A stretch of 64,000 nucleotides of DNA from positions 57,164,001 to 57,228,000 of the forward strand of contig OZ024742.1 of NCBI GenBank assembly GCA_964016885.1, written 5' to 3'. A program made the translations under genes and the position numbers. Positions 26,425 through 40,132 of this stretch are shown in pieces (position 1 is the first letter of the stretch; each line of letters starts with the position of its first letter). The notes below the pieces were generated by a model that was not told where the DNA came from, searched no databases, and worked only from the letters and a program-made list of their open reading frames with translations. The stretch is from Eledone cirrhosa. Its lineage: Eukaryota.

Positions 26425-28485
26425 TTAATTAGGTTTATAATATTTAAATGTTTTTTTTAGTTTATGATTACACGATATAATTAATTCCTGTCGTTTATTT
26501 AATAGGATATCCTTAGATTTCATTATTTCAAATAGTTCTTGGGAACATAATCTACATTCATTTCTATTATTTTGATAAGGGGTGGCTCTTTTGAGCACAC
26601 TCCAGGTCAAATCATATTCTATATTCTTATTTTTATAACTATTGATTTTTTCTGCTAGAGATGTTGTATTAGCCAGTGCGGCATTTTTAAAACTATGTTT
26701 GTGGGTATTAAACCTTGTCTTAAAATTGTTAGAAGTAGCTCCTATATATGAGCAAATAGAATCTTTAGTTTTAACATTACATTTATAAACTATGTTGTTA
26801 ACAAGACAATTTCCTTTTAATGGGCAGTTTGCTTTGTTTCTACAGTTACAACCTTTCGTTAATTCTGTATTTGAGGAGATATTATGGTTAGTTTGATGTA
26901 TTGGTGGTATACTTATGGTTTTCTTACATTTATATGCATTATAGGCACTTATATTTTGTTTTATGTTATTTGTTGTTGAGTATGAGAATTTAACTGTAGA
27001 CCTATTTAAGATTTGATGGTATTTGTGGTTTGGCGGGAAGTTTTTCTCTAGGATATAAAAAAAATTTTTAGCAATATTATCCTTAATTTGTAAATTAAAT
27101 GGAGCATTATACCAAGTAACCCGTCTATTACGGTTTCTATGTTGTTTATTATTTTTATTATTTTTATAGGTTGTATCGTGATGTTTACTAGGAGGATTAA
27201 TGTTAATGATCTCACCACAACCATTTTTAGTTATATTTGTAGATTTAGGTGTTTTATCTTTTTTATTAGGAGTTTTATTATTAATATTTATTAGAGTTGT
27301 ATGATGAGTAGTTTTTTGAGAGTTACTATATTTTATATTAGAAGATTTGGTATTTTGGGGTATAGTGTGGGTGGCATTTAGGTGTGTACTTTTCATTTGG
27401 TGTTTGTTGGTAATATTAGGTTGTATGTTTTTAGTATTTTTAGTAGAAGGTATATATTCTAATCTATTTTTGTGGCCACTTCTATCTAGAGCTTCGTTAT
27501 AGAAGGTCGCATTTTTATCAAATACATCTTGGTTAGAAGAAAGGTTAGAAATTCTAAGTGATATATTATATGCAAGGTTTTTAAGGATAGATTTAGGGTG
27601 ATTAGATTGTGAGTGTATGTAATGTAAGTTTTGGTTGGGTTTATGGTAAGGTTGGTAGATACCCGTAGCTAAGTCTAAAGTTATATCTAGGAAATTTACT
27701 ACTTTACTTGTTTTTTCAAAAGTAATATGAAGACTATAATAGTCTTTAAGGAAAGTTCTAATATGCTTTTTGTTTTTTTCTATTTCTGAAAGGCTAAGGT
27801 TGTTGGAAAGAAGAAGACAGTCATCACGATATAAACCACCTTTAAGGTGGGGAAAGGAGGCATTTATGTTGAAAAGGAGAAAGAGGCCCACAAGATCAGT
27901 AATTTGGGCGGAATCGCTTGAACCCATAGTAATATCAAATAGATTACTATATGTGTTTCTGGTCCAGTATTCATTCTGAAATTCAATAAGTGTTAGTCTA
28001 GCATGTGTAATAATATTAATGTCATCCAAAGTTAAGTTAGATCTATTTTTAGCAAATATCAATGCTTTGTTCAGGAGTATAGGTGATATAGAAGAATAGT
28101 AATTATCTATATCAAATTGTAGAAATGAAGCAGAAGATTTACATCTAATATTTTTAAACCAGTTAATTACCTGGGAAGTGTTTTCCCAGAGTGGTAAAAT
28201 AACGTGTTTTCTTATTTGTGGGATGACTCTATCCAAAATTTTTTTGCTAATTATTCCAATATCTGATTTGGAGGGACATATAAGTCTTATAGAAGGATTT
28301 GAGTTAAAGTTTGATTTATGATCCTTCAGGTTGAAGTGTGGTCTTTTCAATGCCAAAGGTTCAGTTCTATCTTCAATGTTTAGTTTTTTTACTATGTTGT
28401 GTGTTTTGTTGTTGATGTTGGTGAGTGACGCATTATTAGATTTTTTATAATTTTTCACTGCGTCACTCACCAACATCAACAACAA
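26425..28485 (-). CDS. Penelope-like (Naiad) RT-GIY-YIG polyprotein, uninterrupted but 5'-truncated
   Basis: 686 aa: LKDHKSNF, FDIDNYYSSI, MGSSDSAQITDLVG, GLYRDD, FLDITL, CNCRNKANCPL (CxCx5C), IVYKC, YIGAT..FKTRFNTH, CRLC, LLNKRQE. The first codons come from a fold-back junction, so the start is artificial. Confidence 0.9.
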   Translation of the reverse strand: MLLMLVSDAVKNYKKSNNASLTNINNKTHNIVKKLNIEDRTEPLALKRPHFNLKDHKSNFNSNPSIRLICPSKSDIGIISKKILDRVIPQIRKHVILPLWENTSQVINWFKNIRCKSSASFLQFDIDNYYSSISPILLNKALIFAKNRSNLTLDDINIITHARLTLIEFQNEYWTRNTYSNLFDITMGSSDSAQITDLVGLFLLFNINASFPHLKGGLYRDDCLLLSNNLSLSEIEKNKKHIRTFLKDYYSLHITFEKTSKVVNFLDITLDLATGIYQPYHKPNQNLHYIHSQSNHPKSILKNLAYNISLRISNLSSNQDVFDKNATFYNEALDRSGHKNRLEYIPSTKNTKNIQPNITNKHQMKSTHLNATHTIPQNTKSSNIKYSNSQKTTHHTTLININNKTPNKKDKTPKSTNITKNGCGEIININPPSKHHDTTYKNNKNNKQHRNRNRRVTWYNAPFNLQIKDNIAKNFFYILEKNFPPNHKYHQILNRSTVKFSYSTTNNIKQNISAYNAYKCKKTISIPPIHQTNHNISSNTELTKGCNCRNKANCPLKGNCLVNNIVYKCNVKTKDSICSYIGATSNNFKTRFNTHKHSFKNAALANTTSLAEKINSYKNKNIEYDLTWSVLKRATPYQNNRNECRLCSQELFEIMKSKDILLNKRQELIISCNHKLKKTFKYYKPN

Positions 28486-28678
28486 AACACATATATATGT
28501 GTTTGGTATGTATATTTAATTTTGATAGTTTGTATAATTTTGTATAATTTTGTACATAGATCTGTTGAATATGCATGCCAATTCTAACACATATATATCC
28601 TAGAAACGATCGTTAAATAATGAACTTTTTTTGTTTAATATAAGGAACTGTTTCATTGTTTTATTCATTATTTTTTTA

Positions 28679-28750
<72 letters not shown>

Positions 28751-28781
28751 TACATATATATATGTATATACATATATATAA

Positions 28782-28829
<48 letters not shown>

Positions 28830-28862
28830 GTATGTATATATATATACATATATATATATATG

Positions 28863-28922
<60 letters not shown>

Positions 28923-28924
28923 CA

Positions 28925-29083
<159 letters not shown>

Positions 29084-29914
29084 TTGGATGTGGGGGGAAC
29101 ATGTTGATTACTTCTTGAGCAATTTCTATGTGTGCTATTTTAGGTATATTTTCTAATAGGACTATTAGCTTTCAAAACGGGGTGAAAGTAAAGGTGATTG
29201 TTAAAGTAATGACTATTTTTCTGGAATATGTTGTTGCTTTTTTTTAAGTTATTCAGTAGAGAATTGAAACCAATTAAACATTAGCTGATTGATAAATTTA
29301 TGCCGTAAACATCGATAAGATCAAAAGAAACTAAAAAAAATTGCCAACAGCAAACAGACCATTTCTACAATATGTGTTTAGATAATTCTAGAAAGAGTAA
29401 CAACATTAGAAAGAGAACAACAGATCTTCAGGGAGAGAGATGAAGGTTTAAAGAGATTAGAATTCGGAAAAACGAACATTCAATGGTTTGTTTTCACCTA
29501 GACGTCGGTAAAAGTCACGGCTTCTCTTTGATCTCTATATTTGTGACTATGACTACATGTATAGGCTTACATACGTATATGTGTAGAGGTTCATTCTTTT
29601 ATACGTCTCTATACATATTTGCATATGTTATGTTTCCTTGTATGAATGTGTGTGTCTGTGGTGTGTTTAGTGTCGTCAGCACACACGTTTTCATGTGTAT
29701 ATATATATAAGTGTGTGTGTGCGCGAAAAGTAAACGGAAAACAATGAAGCAAACAATAAAGTAAAGTGAAGATATATATTAGTTTAACGCTTGATATAGT
29801 AGGGAAAATGTCTTAAAATTTCGGATGCTAGTCTTTCATCAGAATGAAAAATAAAAGAAGAAATAGAAAGATAGAGTGAGAAGAGGAAGATGCGGAAAAA
29901 ATTATATATATATA

Positions 29915-30775
29915 CATGGTGGCTGCCAACTCGTTTTCGAGTACGGCCACTACTTTATATCCATGTAGGAGAACCCCTACTGATGCGCTGAACGAGTGTG
30001 ACTTTTTAGTCCAGCCAGCGACTTGAAAACTCTGGTACAAACACTACACTTGTCACAATTATTGACACATAGTGCTGGGCCCAGGGTACCATGTGACAAC
30101 TGCAGAGAGATCTCCAGATATATATATACATACATGCATGCATACATACATACATACATACATACATGGTGGCTGCCAACTCGTTTTCGAGTACGGCCAC
30201 CACCTTATATCCATGTAGGAGAAACCCTACCGATGCGCTGAACAAGTGTCACTTTTTAGTCCAGCCAGCGACTTGAAAACTCTGGTACAAACACTGCACT
30301 TGTGACAATTATTGACACATAGTGCTGGGCCCATGGCACCATGTGACGACAAGTGTTGAGAGATCTCCAGATATAAAGCAATGCCTGTGCTGTGAAGCTT
30401 TTATAGTGAGCAAAGGCACTGCACAAAGCCAGTCCCACTCTCTTAACCAAGATGATATTTACCAAAAAGAAGAACAAGTCAACATCATTGGATACCATCA
30501 GGGTTGCAGGTGTTATATCAGAGTTTTCCTTCTCCTAGAATTCTGCCTTGACAAAAGCTAAGGGGTCATCTCTCCCAGTGATTTTGGATGGCCATTGACA
30601 CTTAAGAGCTCCTTTGCCGTTTGACAGGTTTTGTTTTTAGTCCTGCAGGATGTCCAAAGTCACCCTCCTCACCAAGAAACCTTGGTGGGGTTGCCAGTTT
30701 AGTCGCCAACGACCCGACCATGAGACAGGTTGTACTGGGATACATGTTACCAGTAGCACCAACTGGTGACCTGAC
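29915..30775 (-). mobile_element. RTE-derived short element, one copy plus a partial tandem copy, in (TACA)n
   Basis: Homologous to 19168-19722, with (catac)-type repeats at the junctions. Confidence 0.65.
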
Positions 30776-30871
30776 ATAACATACATACATACATACATAC
30801 ATACATACATACATACATACATACATACATACATACATACATACATACATACATACATACATACTTATAGT

Positions 30872-30935
<64 letters not shown>

Positions 30936-31192
30936 GTAATAAACAACACAATATAATTATTTCATTATCCAAGTTTTCACGAAGTTAGACGATTTTAACA
31001 GAAACGTCTGTTTCGTTCATCAGATGAAATATCTTTTATATATCTCTATTTTTATATATATATATAGAGATAGATAACTTTCTTTTTACTTGCCACCAGG
31101 GCATCAAAGAGTGGGACAAGTACAATGGAGGGAGTTTACATAAAAAGGCGTCCTCAATAAGGAGGAGGCAATAACAGATAGATAGATAGATA

Positions 31193-33184
31193 GATTTCTT
31201 TATTTACCATAAGGGCATAAAAAGAAGGGAAAAATACAAAGGGGGAGTTTACATATAATCGAGTAAAAAGGGTGTAACATGAAAATAATCGAAAATAACC
31301 TCAAAAGGGAGGGGACGTGATGGGGGTTGCACACACCCTCGAAAAAGTGTGCAATCCTTTGCCCGGGGAGCACATGGAGAAGGTGCTCCCCTCTCCTTTA
31401 CTTCTTTACCTACAGGATGGTATACAGAGAAGGCCCATTTACACGAGCCATTCTCGCCACTATCACCCACCTTTCATAAAACTGCCCGTGGCCAAGCACC
31501 TCTCTCTCCATTCTTATCCTTCTTCCGAAGTGATATCGGAAGAAGTAGACCAGACTATGGCCAGAGAGGAAGTTGCCTGACCTCAGACCTTTCAATCGTG
31601 TCCACCAAACAACCTCTTTCAACATGGCTATTACGCACAGAAAAACCGCCTTTGCTTCCTTTGTGAAGAGGGGAGGCGGTTTGATTGTCATCACGGACTC
31701 GGCGGTCAATTTAATCGGCGCCACCCGCGACAGCAGTTGTTCGGCGTAGCCCCACAGATCAGCCACGCCCGGACATTGCACCAATGCGTGCGCCACGGTT
31801 TCTTCGTGACGCACGCATCTAGGGCAAATCTTTTTTGAGGGATCCCTGCCCGGGCGCCCGTGTCTGTAGAGCCTCTCTCGAACGGGTAGAGCCCCTCGGT
31901 AGCACTGCCAGGCCAGTGACTTCTGGAAGTTGTCCATTGGTCCTGGGCCGAAAGTCCTACCGAACAGGCTGGCCAGTTCGTCTTCTTCCATGTCCAGCGA
32001 CTCTCCAAGGGTGTCATCGCCCCTGCTAGCCACCAGCCCTCTATAGAATGATGAGGTGGATTCTCCACCGATGGCCCGGCCCGCTTGCCAGAGAGCCCTG
32101 AGCGCCTGAGCACACTCAGTGTGCCAGTCTCCCAGTTTCCGGATCTTTGCTTGACCCAGGACTGTAGCTCGGTGAGTGAGACGAGTCTCGGAAAGGCTCG
32201 TTTCACGAACGGAGCCCACACCGGTTGACCAGTGAGGAATACCTGTAGGTGCCGTAGCCTTAATGCGTGCCTACGCATCATCAACCACGGCATCCCCAGC
32301 CCTCCTTTCGAAGGTTGTTGGCAGCAGATGGATCTTCTCACCATAGGAGGACGCTTCTTCCAAAGAAATTGGAAGAGCATGCGTTCCATGGTGGTGAGTG
32401 TTTCCTTAGGGCAAGGCACGACAGTCAGGCGGTAGTAAGTGACGGACGCTATGTAAATGTTCGCCACCTCCGCCCGGCCTTTTAGGGACAGCTTACACTT
32501 GGCCCATTTCTGGGTTAGTGCAAACACCTTGTTCGTAACCTCGTTCCAGTTCTTTTCCACCTGGAGGTCCGGTCCAAACCAGACCCCAAGCAACTTTACC
32601 GGGCCCTCCGTCCAGTGTCCGACGACACCGTCAGGAGGCATCGGTTTGCCTCTCCACGTTCCGAGTTGCAGCCCGATGGATTTTTCCCGGTTCAGTTTCG
32701 CTCCTGACAACCTTTCGTACTCCTCCAGTAAGGTACCGATCGCCTCGATCTCCGAGTCGGTTGATACCATTACTGTTACGTCATCGGCGTAGGCCGACAC
32801 CGCTTTGCTCAATCCTGGTTCCAGGGGGATACCCTGCAACAACTCCAACTTCCTCAGTAAAGGCTCGAGAGTCAATACGTACAGAAGGGAGGAGAGAGGG
32901 CACCCCTGTCGAATGGATCGTGTGATTTCGAACGGCTTCGAAAGGTAGCCGTTCACCTTGATCCTAGAACAGATGTGGTTGCTATGTAGGGCAGTGATCC
33001 AGCCTCTGAAAACAGGACCGAACCCAGCCGCCGCTAGCACCGCATCCAGGTAACCATGGTCGACCCTATCGAAGGCCTTAGACTGATCCAAGTTGATCAG
33101 GGCCCCACCGAAGCCGGGTTTGTTGCCAACCCTCTCTATGATGTATCGCATGAGGTGGAGGTTATCGTGAATGGACCTGGATGG

Positions 33185-33187
<3 letters not shown>
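31193..33187 (-). mobile_element. 5'-truncated Tx1/L1-like LINE in (GATA)n
   Basis: LDQSKAFDRVDH, RQGCPLS, AYADD (ORF 31706-33319), then a frameshift to CPRC..ETVAHALVQC (ORF 31410-32219). (GATA)n on both sides. A second 3' end lies at ~31075-31170. Confidence 0.92.
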
Positions 33188-33219
<32 letters not shown>

Positions 33220-33947
33220 CAAATTTAAAATGCGAGGAAATAATAGATAAAAATATACCTATTCTTTCTTCAAAATCCCGACTGCAGTTTCTTCGGATTG
33301 CTTTGCAGAAACCATGCACTATAGAAGTGCATCATCACTGTTAGGTTAATAAGGCTTATGAAGGGATCCCTCAATTAGTGGACTGTTTCTTGACCCGATC
33401 GTTATAAGTGAATAATTCTCGAGAGGCGGGTGGACATTAAGCGAGTACTGTATTTGCTAGAAAAAGCAGTTAGCACCCGCCTGGATAACTCGACCATAAG
33501 GTATTTTGGGACAATATAGTAATGAGATACACACACAGATACGTAGATATGTGTGTGTGTAGCGCCCGCCTTATTTCTGAAATTCGAAATGAACTTCAAT
33601 CAAAACAAAAATAAGCGATTATCTACTAATAACTGCATATTTTGAATAAAATAAAATCTAATGTTTTATTACAGTCCATTTTCATTGAATAAATATTTTA
33701 TTAGAATATCAGAAGCAAATATTAGGTTGTGGTGAAGGCGGTGTATTGTGTGACATTAATATTTTAACAAACAATGATATAAAACAATTCTTTGAAACAC
33801 AATACCTGATAACGAATTACTTCACCGTGTGAAAGAATAGTTAATGATCAAAAATATACTATGTCTCAAACATTTACTTATGTTCTATAACCTCATAGTA
33901 TCTTCGGCAACATTAAAGGGAATAACTATTTATTAAACACTTAATTA

Positions 33948-34247
33948 GGCGCATGGCTTAGTGGTTAGAGCGTTGGGCTTACAATCGTGAGGTTGTGAGT
34001 TCGATTCTCGGAGCAAGATACTTTATTTCAGGTTGCTCCAGTTTACTCAGCTGTAGAAATGAGTTGCGACGTCACTGGTGCCAAGCTGTATCGCCCTTTG
34101 GACAACATCAGTGATGTGGGCAGAGAAAACTGGTATGCATGGGCGACTGCTGGTCTTCCACAAACAATCTTGCCCGGACTTGTGTCTCGGAGGGGAACTT
34201 TCAAGGTGTGAATCTTATGGTCATTCGTGACCAAAGGGGGTCTTTAC
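33948..34247 (+). mobile_element. tRNA-derived SINE, near full length
   Basis: GGCGCATGGCTTAGTGGTTAGAGCG A box and GAGTTCGATTC B box. Weaker copies at ~36225-36400 and 40150-40420. Confidence 0.8.
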
Positions 34248-34837
34248 AATTAGATATAAATTGATTAAAGAAAACGGAAGGAAAAATGACTGAGAAGAGA
34301 GGAGTGGGTAATCAAACATTACGATGATATAAAATATCACAAACTAGACAGAATTAACATACACAAGATTCCACGCAGTGAGATCGAACCTGAAACCTAA
34401 TGATTTGTGAAACTAACTTCATAACCATTCCACTATGCTCCGTCCACTACATTAGAGAGTATATAGTAATATGTTTTATCAGAATCATTCTCCGGCTTAA
34501 ACAAGTGAAAACTACTTTATTTTAACATATTAATTTAAGAACTCAGAGAATACACTGAATTGTCTCTCTCGGCAGATTCCTAGTTAAATAATTGCCTTAT
34601 AGACGGCAGTAGAATTATTGAAACTCTTGAGACACTTTTGTTGTTGTTTATTATTATAAAGAAAATTTTACATAGGAATGTTCGTGACGGTTTTTATTAG
34701 CACAACGTTCACTACAGATTTTATTGACTAGTTTCTTTAAATGAAGCTCACACATACACACACATATATATGTGTGTGTGTGAATGTGTGTGAGCTTCAT
34801 ATATAGTTTCTTTAAATATATGTGTGTGAGACCTTCC

Positions 34838-34886
<49 letters not shown>

Positions 34887-35049
34887 CAGTATAATTTAAA
34901 GAAACGACTCGATAAAATCTATAGTGAAATTTTCCACACTTACGCAGCCAACGTATTATTTGAACTTGGATAACTACCCGGCACCTTGTGACTCTTCCCC
35001 GTGGATTACCCACGGATTAACCAGTCTGTACTGCACTAATCTTCCATGA

Positions 35050-36020
35050 CCCTCCTCCACCACTTTTTCCTCTAAATTTTTCCTCTTAAAAACATTGTTC
35101 CTCATTTCTCTCTCTTTTCTTACCTTCGAGGGTGCTCCCCGCCTGTTAACTTCTCCTTGTCTCCTCGCCCACCATGCTTAACCAAATAAAAACCTTTCTC
35201 CATCACCCCCACTCCAACGTAAAACTCTTTCGTCCCTGTTCTTTCCCCTTTCTGCATCCAACCCGCTCCCCGACTTTTATGCCTCTTTTCGTTAAAACCT
35301 GACATTCCAGTCATATCAACTTCATCTCCATCTCACCCCCTGGGTTTTCACCTCCACTTCTACCCCATCACCAACTCGTCCCTCTCTCGAGTTCATCCTC
35401 ACTCGTTCCTCCCGTCTTCTCATACGCGTCACTCTCTGTTGTGCCCTTGCTAAGATCGGCACCACTGACCACGACCTCCCTCACATCTTTCTTCTCTATT
35501 CTACCTGTCACCCTTCCTCAGTTGTGGTCTGCGCTTCATACCCCACACTATTTACAACGACCAATTTCGCACACGAGTGAATATTGAACGGTTCCTACGC
35601 TGCACCAAACAGCAGCCGCATTTCCACGGCACACCACCGGCTCCGAATTATACGGATCGCTTCCTGAACCTACCCGGTGACCGTCTCATTGGATGCTAGC
35701 ACCCGGACAATTCAGTACCCTGGATACATTCGTTGATGCCTGTCATAGCGTCACGAACCGGTTCAACTTCCGTAACCACTCCTAACGGAGAAATATCTCT
35801 CGAGCCGAATTCGCTACCCTTCGCCACCCTGACAACATCGTCATCAAACCTGCAGACAGGGGAGTGCCCAGGTTGTGTGGCGCGCTGACCTCTACAATAG
35901 GGAGCCAGTAAGATAGCTTGCTAACCCCCTCTTCTACCGGCTCCTGCCCTTTTATCCCACCCCTCGATACCAACAACAAGTATCCTCCACCCTACAACTC
36001 GTCACCTTTTCACTTTTACA
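35050..36020 (+). pseudogene. Decayed Penelope-like N-terminal/RT fragment
   Basis: LSCGLRFIP (~35518-35545) and DNIVIKPADRG..VVWRADLY (~35830-35895), with frameshifts. Confidence 0.65.
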
Positions 36021-36046
36021 TCCCAACGCTTACTAATCAATTATAC

Positions 36047-36087
<41 letters not shown>

Positions 36088-37654
36088 AACACATGTTCGC
36101 ATCACAGCTTCTTCCCAAATCACTTCCTTTCTACGTGTGTTTTGCAAATATTTCAGTTGAGCAGAAAAAGTGTACGCCTAGTACACTGTGTATGTATATA
36201 TACAATCACACGTGAAAACACGTGGTTTCGTGGTTATGTTGTGAACTCAATTGCCAGCGGTGTGGTGTGTCCTCTCAGTTGACGAAAATGTGTCTTGCCT
36301 GTTGTTAAAAGGGCCTGCGTTGTCATATTCAGTGTTACTCTATCTCCCCGTGAACTATGTTGCTGGTGCACATGTCTGTGGCTTACTGAACCACATATAT
36401 GATATTTATATATATAGAATAGAATAGAATAGAATAGAATATATATTTGCGTGAATAACTATGTTACTGAAGTGTTATTTAGTAAAATAAACTACTGGTT
36501 TACGTGATATTACAATAAGAAATCGAGGTAATAGCTTTAGGACAATTGACTAGAATTCTTCTCTTAAATAATTGCACGGCTGTGTATAGTCATTGAGCTG
36601 CTTTTTATTGTCATTTCTTCGTTACAGACTAAAACTATACTTAATAGGATTTGTCATGAAAGATTTGCCTTCCCTTCTAATATTGTCAAGAGATTAATGC
36701 ACCCAGTAAACATTTTCAAATGGCTTCCATCTTTACTATTGGTATTCTGCAGCATATTTCTACTATTTCTCTTGATTCTATCCTTCAACACTCTTGGTAC
36801 TTTTCTGTTCTTTTGGCCTTCTTTGGTTATTTATTTATTTCTCTTTCTTTTGTCTGTGGTGTTTATTTTTTCTTCCATCGATTTAAGCATCATTTCCTAT
36901 CAACCCCAACAAAGTTGTCCAAGATACTTATAAACTTCTTTTAACTAATGTTTTTTTCTCGGTAATTTATTTATTTGCTTTTCGTTTTTTGGTTATCTGA
37001 CTATGTATTTCTTTGGTGATCATTTCTCGTATGTTTTTCAATTTGTGCATGAGAAAAAATATCACTGACCCACTTCACTGTGTTTTTAAATTAAATAAAG
37101 CATTAGATCTTTCTGTGTTGCTGCTAGTGAGTTTTCTGGTGGCTGAATTAAAGGAAATACGTTATAAGTTAGTTTAGTTTTGTTCTTTTTATTAATCTGA
37201 CAGGTGCCGGCTAGCTAGAATTGAATGCATCACTTCTAGTTACATGCATTCATATCTGGAATTTATGGTAAAACAATATTTCGATGTTATATTTACTAAA
37301 TTAACCTTTCGCCCAGCGCAAAATATACATATACATCACACATACACACACAAACACACACACACATACATACACATACATACACGCAAACGCACACACA
37401 CATAAACACACACTCACATAAACACACATACTAACACACTCTCTCTCACACACACACATCACACACACATAAACACACACACTAACACACTCTCATCTCA
37501 CACACACATCACACACAAATATACACGCACACATAAAAACACACACAATTAGATGGAATAGTAGTTATATTGTAATTCTTCTGAAGATAAAGAAGCCATT
37601 GAATGGCTATGACCTCATCAGGCAGTTAGTCAGTTCTTATATATATATATATTT

Positions 37655-37860
37655 TATAGGAACGATCGACTTTCGTCAAATCGGACCGTTGGTCTTTCCA
37701 ATTGCTAATACTATCTATCGGTCGCAACTCCAGGTAGAAGGAGCAACGGGAAATAAAGTGTCTTGCTCAAGGACATAACGCATCACCTGGTCCAGGAATC
37801 GAACTCACAACCTTACGATTCCGAATCCAATTCCCTAACCACTCAGCCACACGCCTTCAC
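37655..37860 (-). mobile_element. tRNA-derived SINE between inverted pLTR fragments
   Basis: Minus strand GGCGTGTGGCTGAGTGGTTAGG..GAGTTCGATTCC..GTCCTTGAGCAAGACACTTTATTTC. Confidence 0.75.
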
Positions 37861-37885
37861 TATATATATATATAAGAACTGACTA

Positions 37886-37941
37886 ACTGCCTGATGAGGT
37901 CATAGCCATTCAATTGCTATCATAGAAATATATATAGCAGT
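37886..37941 (+). ncRNA. Type I hammerhead (base of stem II eroded)
   Basis: ACTGC CTGATGA GGTCATAGC cattcaatt GCTATCATA GAAA TATATA TA GCAGT. Confidence 0.6.
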
Positions 37942-37982
37942 AAATAAAGGATTATGAGTTCATGCAATTGACTTATGTTTCG

Positions 37983-38020
<38 letters not shown>

Positions 38021-38074
38021 TAACAGATTAAAGTTTAAGCAAAGAATCGCTGCTTTCACCCTTAACATATAGAT

Positions 38075-38510
38075 ATATATGTAAGTATGTATGTATGTAT
38101 GTATAGGTACATACACGTATGTATACAGATGTACAGTAGTATGTATATATATACATACATGCACACATGTATGGCAGGAAGGTATACGATGCTGACGATA
38201 GCTAATAAGCTTGAAACTAGTACATCGTTCCTGTGTCAGAGTTGAAGAAAAAGGTGACGTGGTTTCCTAGACACTGTACGGCGTAATTCGGACTGTTTGT
38301 TTGTTTACAAACAAACCGAGAATTATAATAAATGTTCGGTAAACCGATACGTGCATATATATATATGTATGCATGTATGTATATATATACATACTACTGT
38401 ACGTCTGTATATATATGTGTATGTACGTATACATACATACATACTTATATTTAAGTAACTGCCGTACTAAGAGTGAGAAACGAAATTTCGTTTCATTCTA
38501 TTCCATTTAT
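38075..38510 (+). mobile_element. Retrozyme-like family B copy with 5' inversion
   Basis: HHR at 38186-38228: ACGATG CTGACGA TAGC taataa GCTT GAAAC TA GTA CATCGT. Homologous to 53792-54690, 61158-62927 and 39715-39925. Confidence 0.85.
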
Positions 38511-38529
38511 TTATATATATATATATATA

Positions 38530-39115
38530 CAAACATAAATTATCGAGAATCGCATTTCGGCCCACGAAATAACGAAAAACAACCTCCGAGATGTGTGGCA
38601 ATTGCTCAATGATTCAGATGAACCAGAGCTATAACAAACGTTAAAGGCCAAACACACTGAGACGATGGTTAAACAATCATTCGCATAGCCAAAAAAAACG
38701 ATCAAGTAATTCGGGTATTGAAAATTTACCCGGACCCCTGGAAGGTTGGTAAAATCCAGTGTTTGGGTTTCTGCGGCTCCTAAATCAAGTACCATCCGCT
38801 TACATAAATAATGTCAGGCTTCTGGTAAGATGATTGAACAAGGAAGCCACTTTCTCAACAGGTTTTAGTTCAATGTTAATACAAGGACTGACTATTGCTG
38901 AATCCACGTGGGGATCGGCAAGGGAGGCAGCCCCTATATCAGGCGAATAAATTCAGTTGTGTATATTTTTGCAAGAATGCAAAAACATCATAAATCGAAT
39001 AGATTTCTCAACAGAAGGGTTAAAATTAAGATAAGCTATTCATCAGTCAATAGAATCAACTAAAAAATCAAGAAAATTAACTGGTCAATAGCTAGAGTCT
39101 GGAGATAAATACAAA
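38530..39115. mobile_element. Family A repeat copy
   Basis: High similarity to 19760-20360. Confidence 0.85.
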
Positions 39116-39145
39116 CATTTCGTTTCATTCTATTCGATTTATATA

Positions 39146-39264
<119 letters not shown>

Positions 39265-39277
39265 AATATATATATTA

Positions 39278-39411
39278 TATATTTTGTTTCTGAATTTGTT
39301 TAGCAACATTCTTTATCTGAAATCGTGTGTTGAAACCGATATTGATATACTTTGGGAGGGTCATGTTGCGTGTGTTTCTTATTGGCAACATGACCCTCCC
39401 AAAGTATAACA

Positions 39412-39414
<3 letters not shown>
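39278..39414 (-). mobile_element. Minimal family P1 element (tail plus ~30-bp inverted repeat)
   Basis: Reverse complement of tail 6556-6612, then tatactttgggagggtcatgttgc / gcaacatgaccctcccaaagtata. Flanked by (TA)n. Confidence 0.85.
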
Positions 39415-39450
<36 letters not shown>

Positions 39451-39578
39451 AATAATGGAGCTGCGGCGCTGCAAATGGGTTACATATGAAAATGTTTGTC
39501 CTCATCAGTGGCCTTCCAACCGTCGTAGGCCATATACCTCAGGTTGGTGCGAGCAACGGATATATATATATATATATA

Positions 39579-39614
<36 letters not shown>

Positions 39615-39631
39615 TCGTTTCATTCTATTCC

Positions 39632-39717
<86 letters not shown>

Positions 39718-39988
39718 GGAATAGAATGAAACGAAATTTCATTTCTCACTCTTAGTACGGCAGTTACTTAAATGTAAGTATGTATGTATACGTACATATA
39801 CATATATATACAGACGTACAATAGTATGTATATATATACATACATGCACACATATATAATCACGTATCGGTTTACCGAACATTTATCATAATTCTCGGTT
39901 TGTTTGTAAACAAACAGCCCGAATTAACCACTAAACGTCTTCAATTTCACTTTTTACTATATTTATATATATATACATATATATATAC

Positions 39989-40132
<144 letters not shown>

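Larger units (their letters stand above)
21974..28687 (-). mobile_element. Naiad-type PLE copy with 3' pLTR, ~4.4-kb microsatellite-rich 3' region, ORF and inverted 5' pLTR piece
   Basis: 28490-28687 is a near-identical inverted copy of 22108-22304. Both outer ends abut (TA)n. Confidence 0.8.

Noticed and set aside
33948-34020. tRNA-like head
   Set aside because: No complete cloverleaf. It continues into a SINE body.
39495-39550. Minus-strand TGGCCT..AGGCCA CTGATGA GGAC
   Set aside because: No matching GTCC-GAAA found, so the motif is incomplete.
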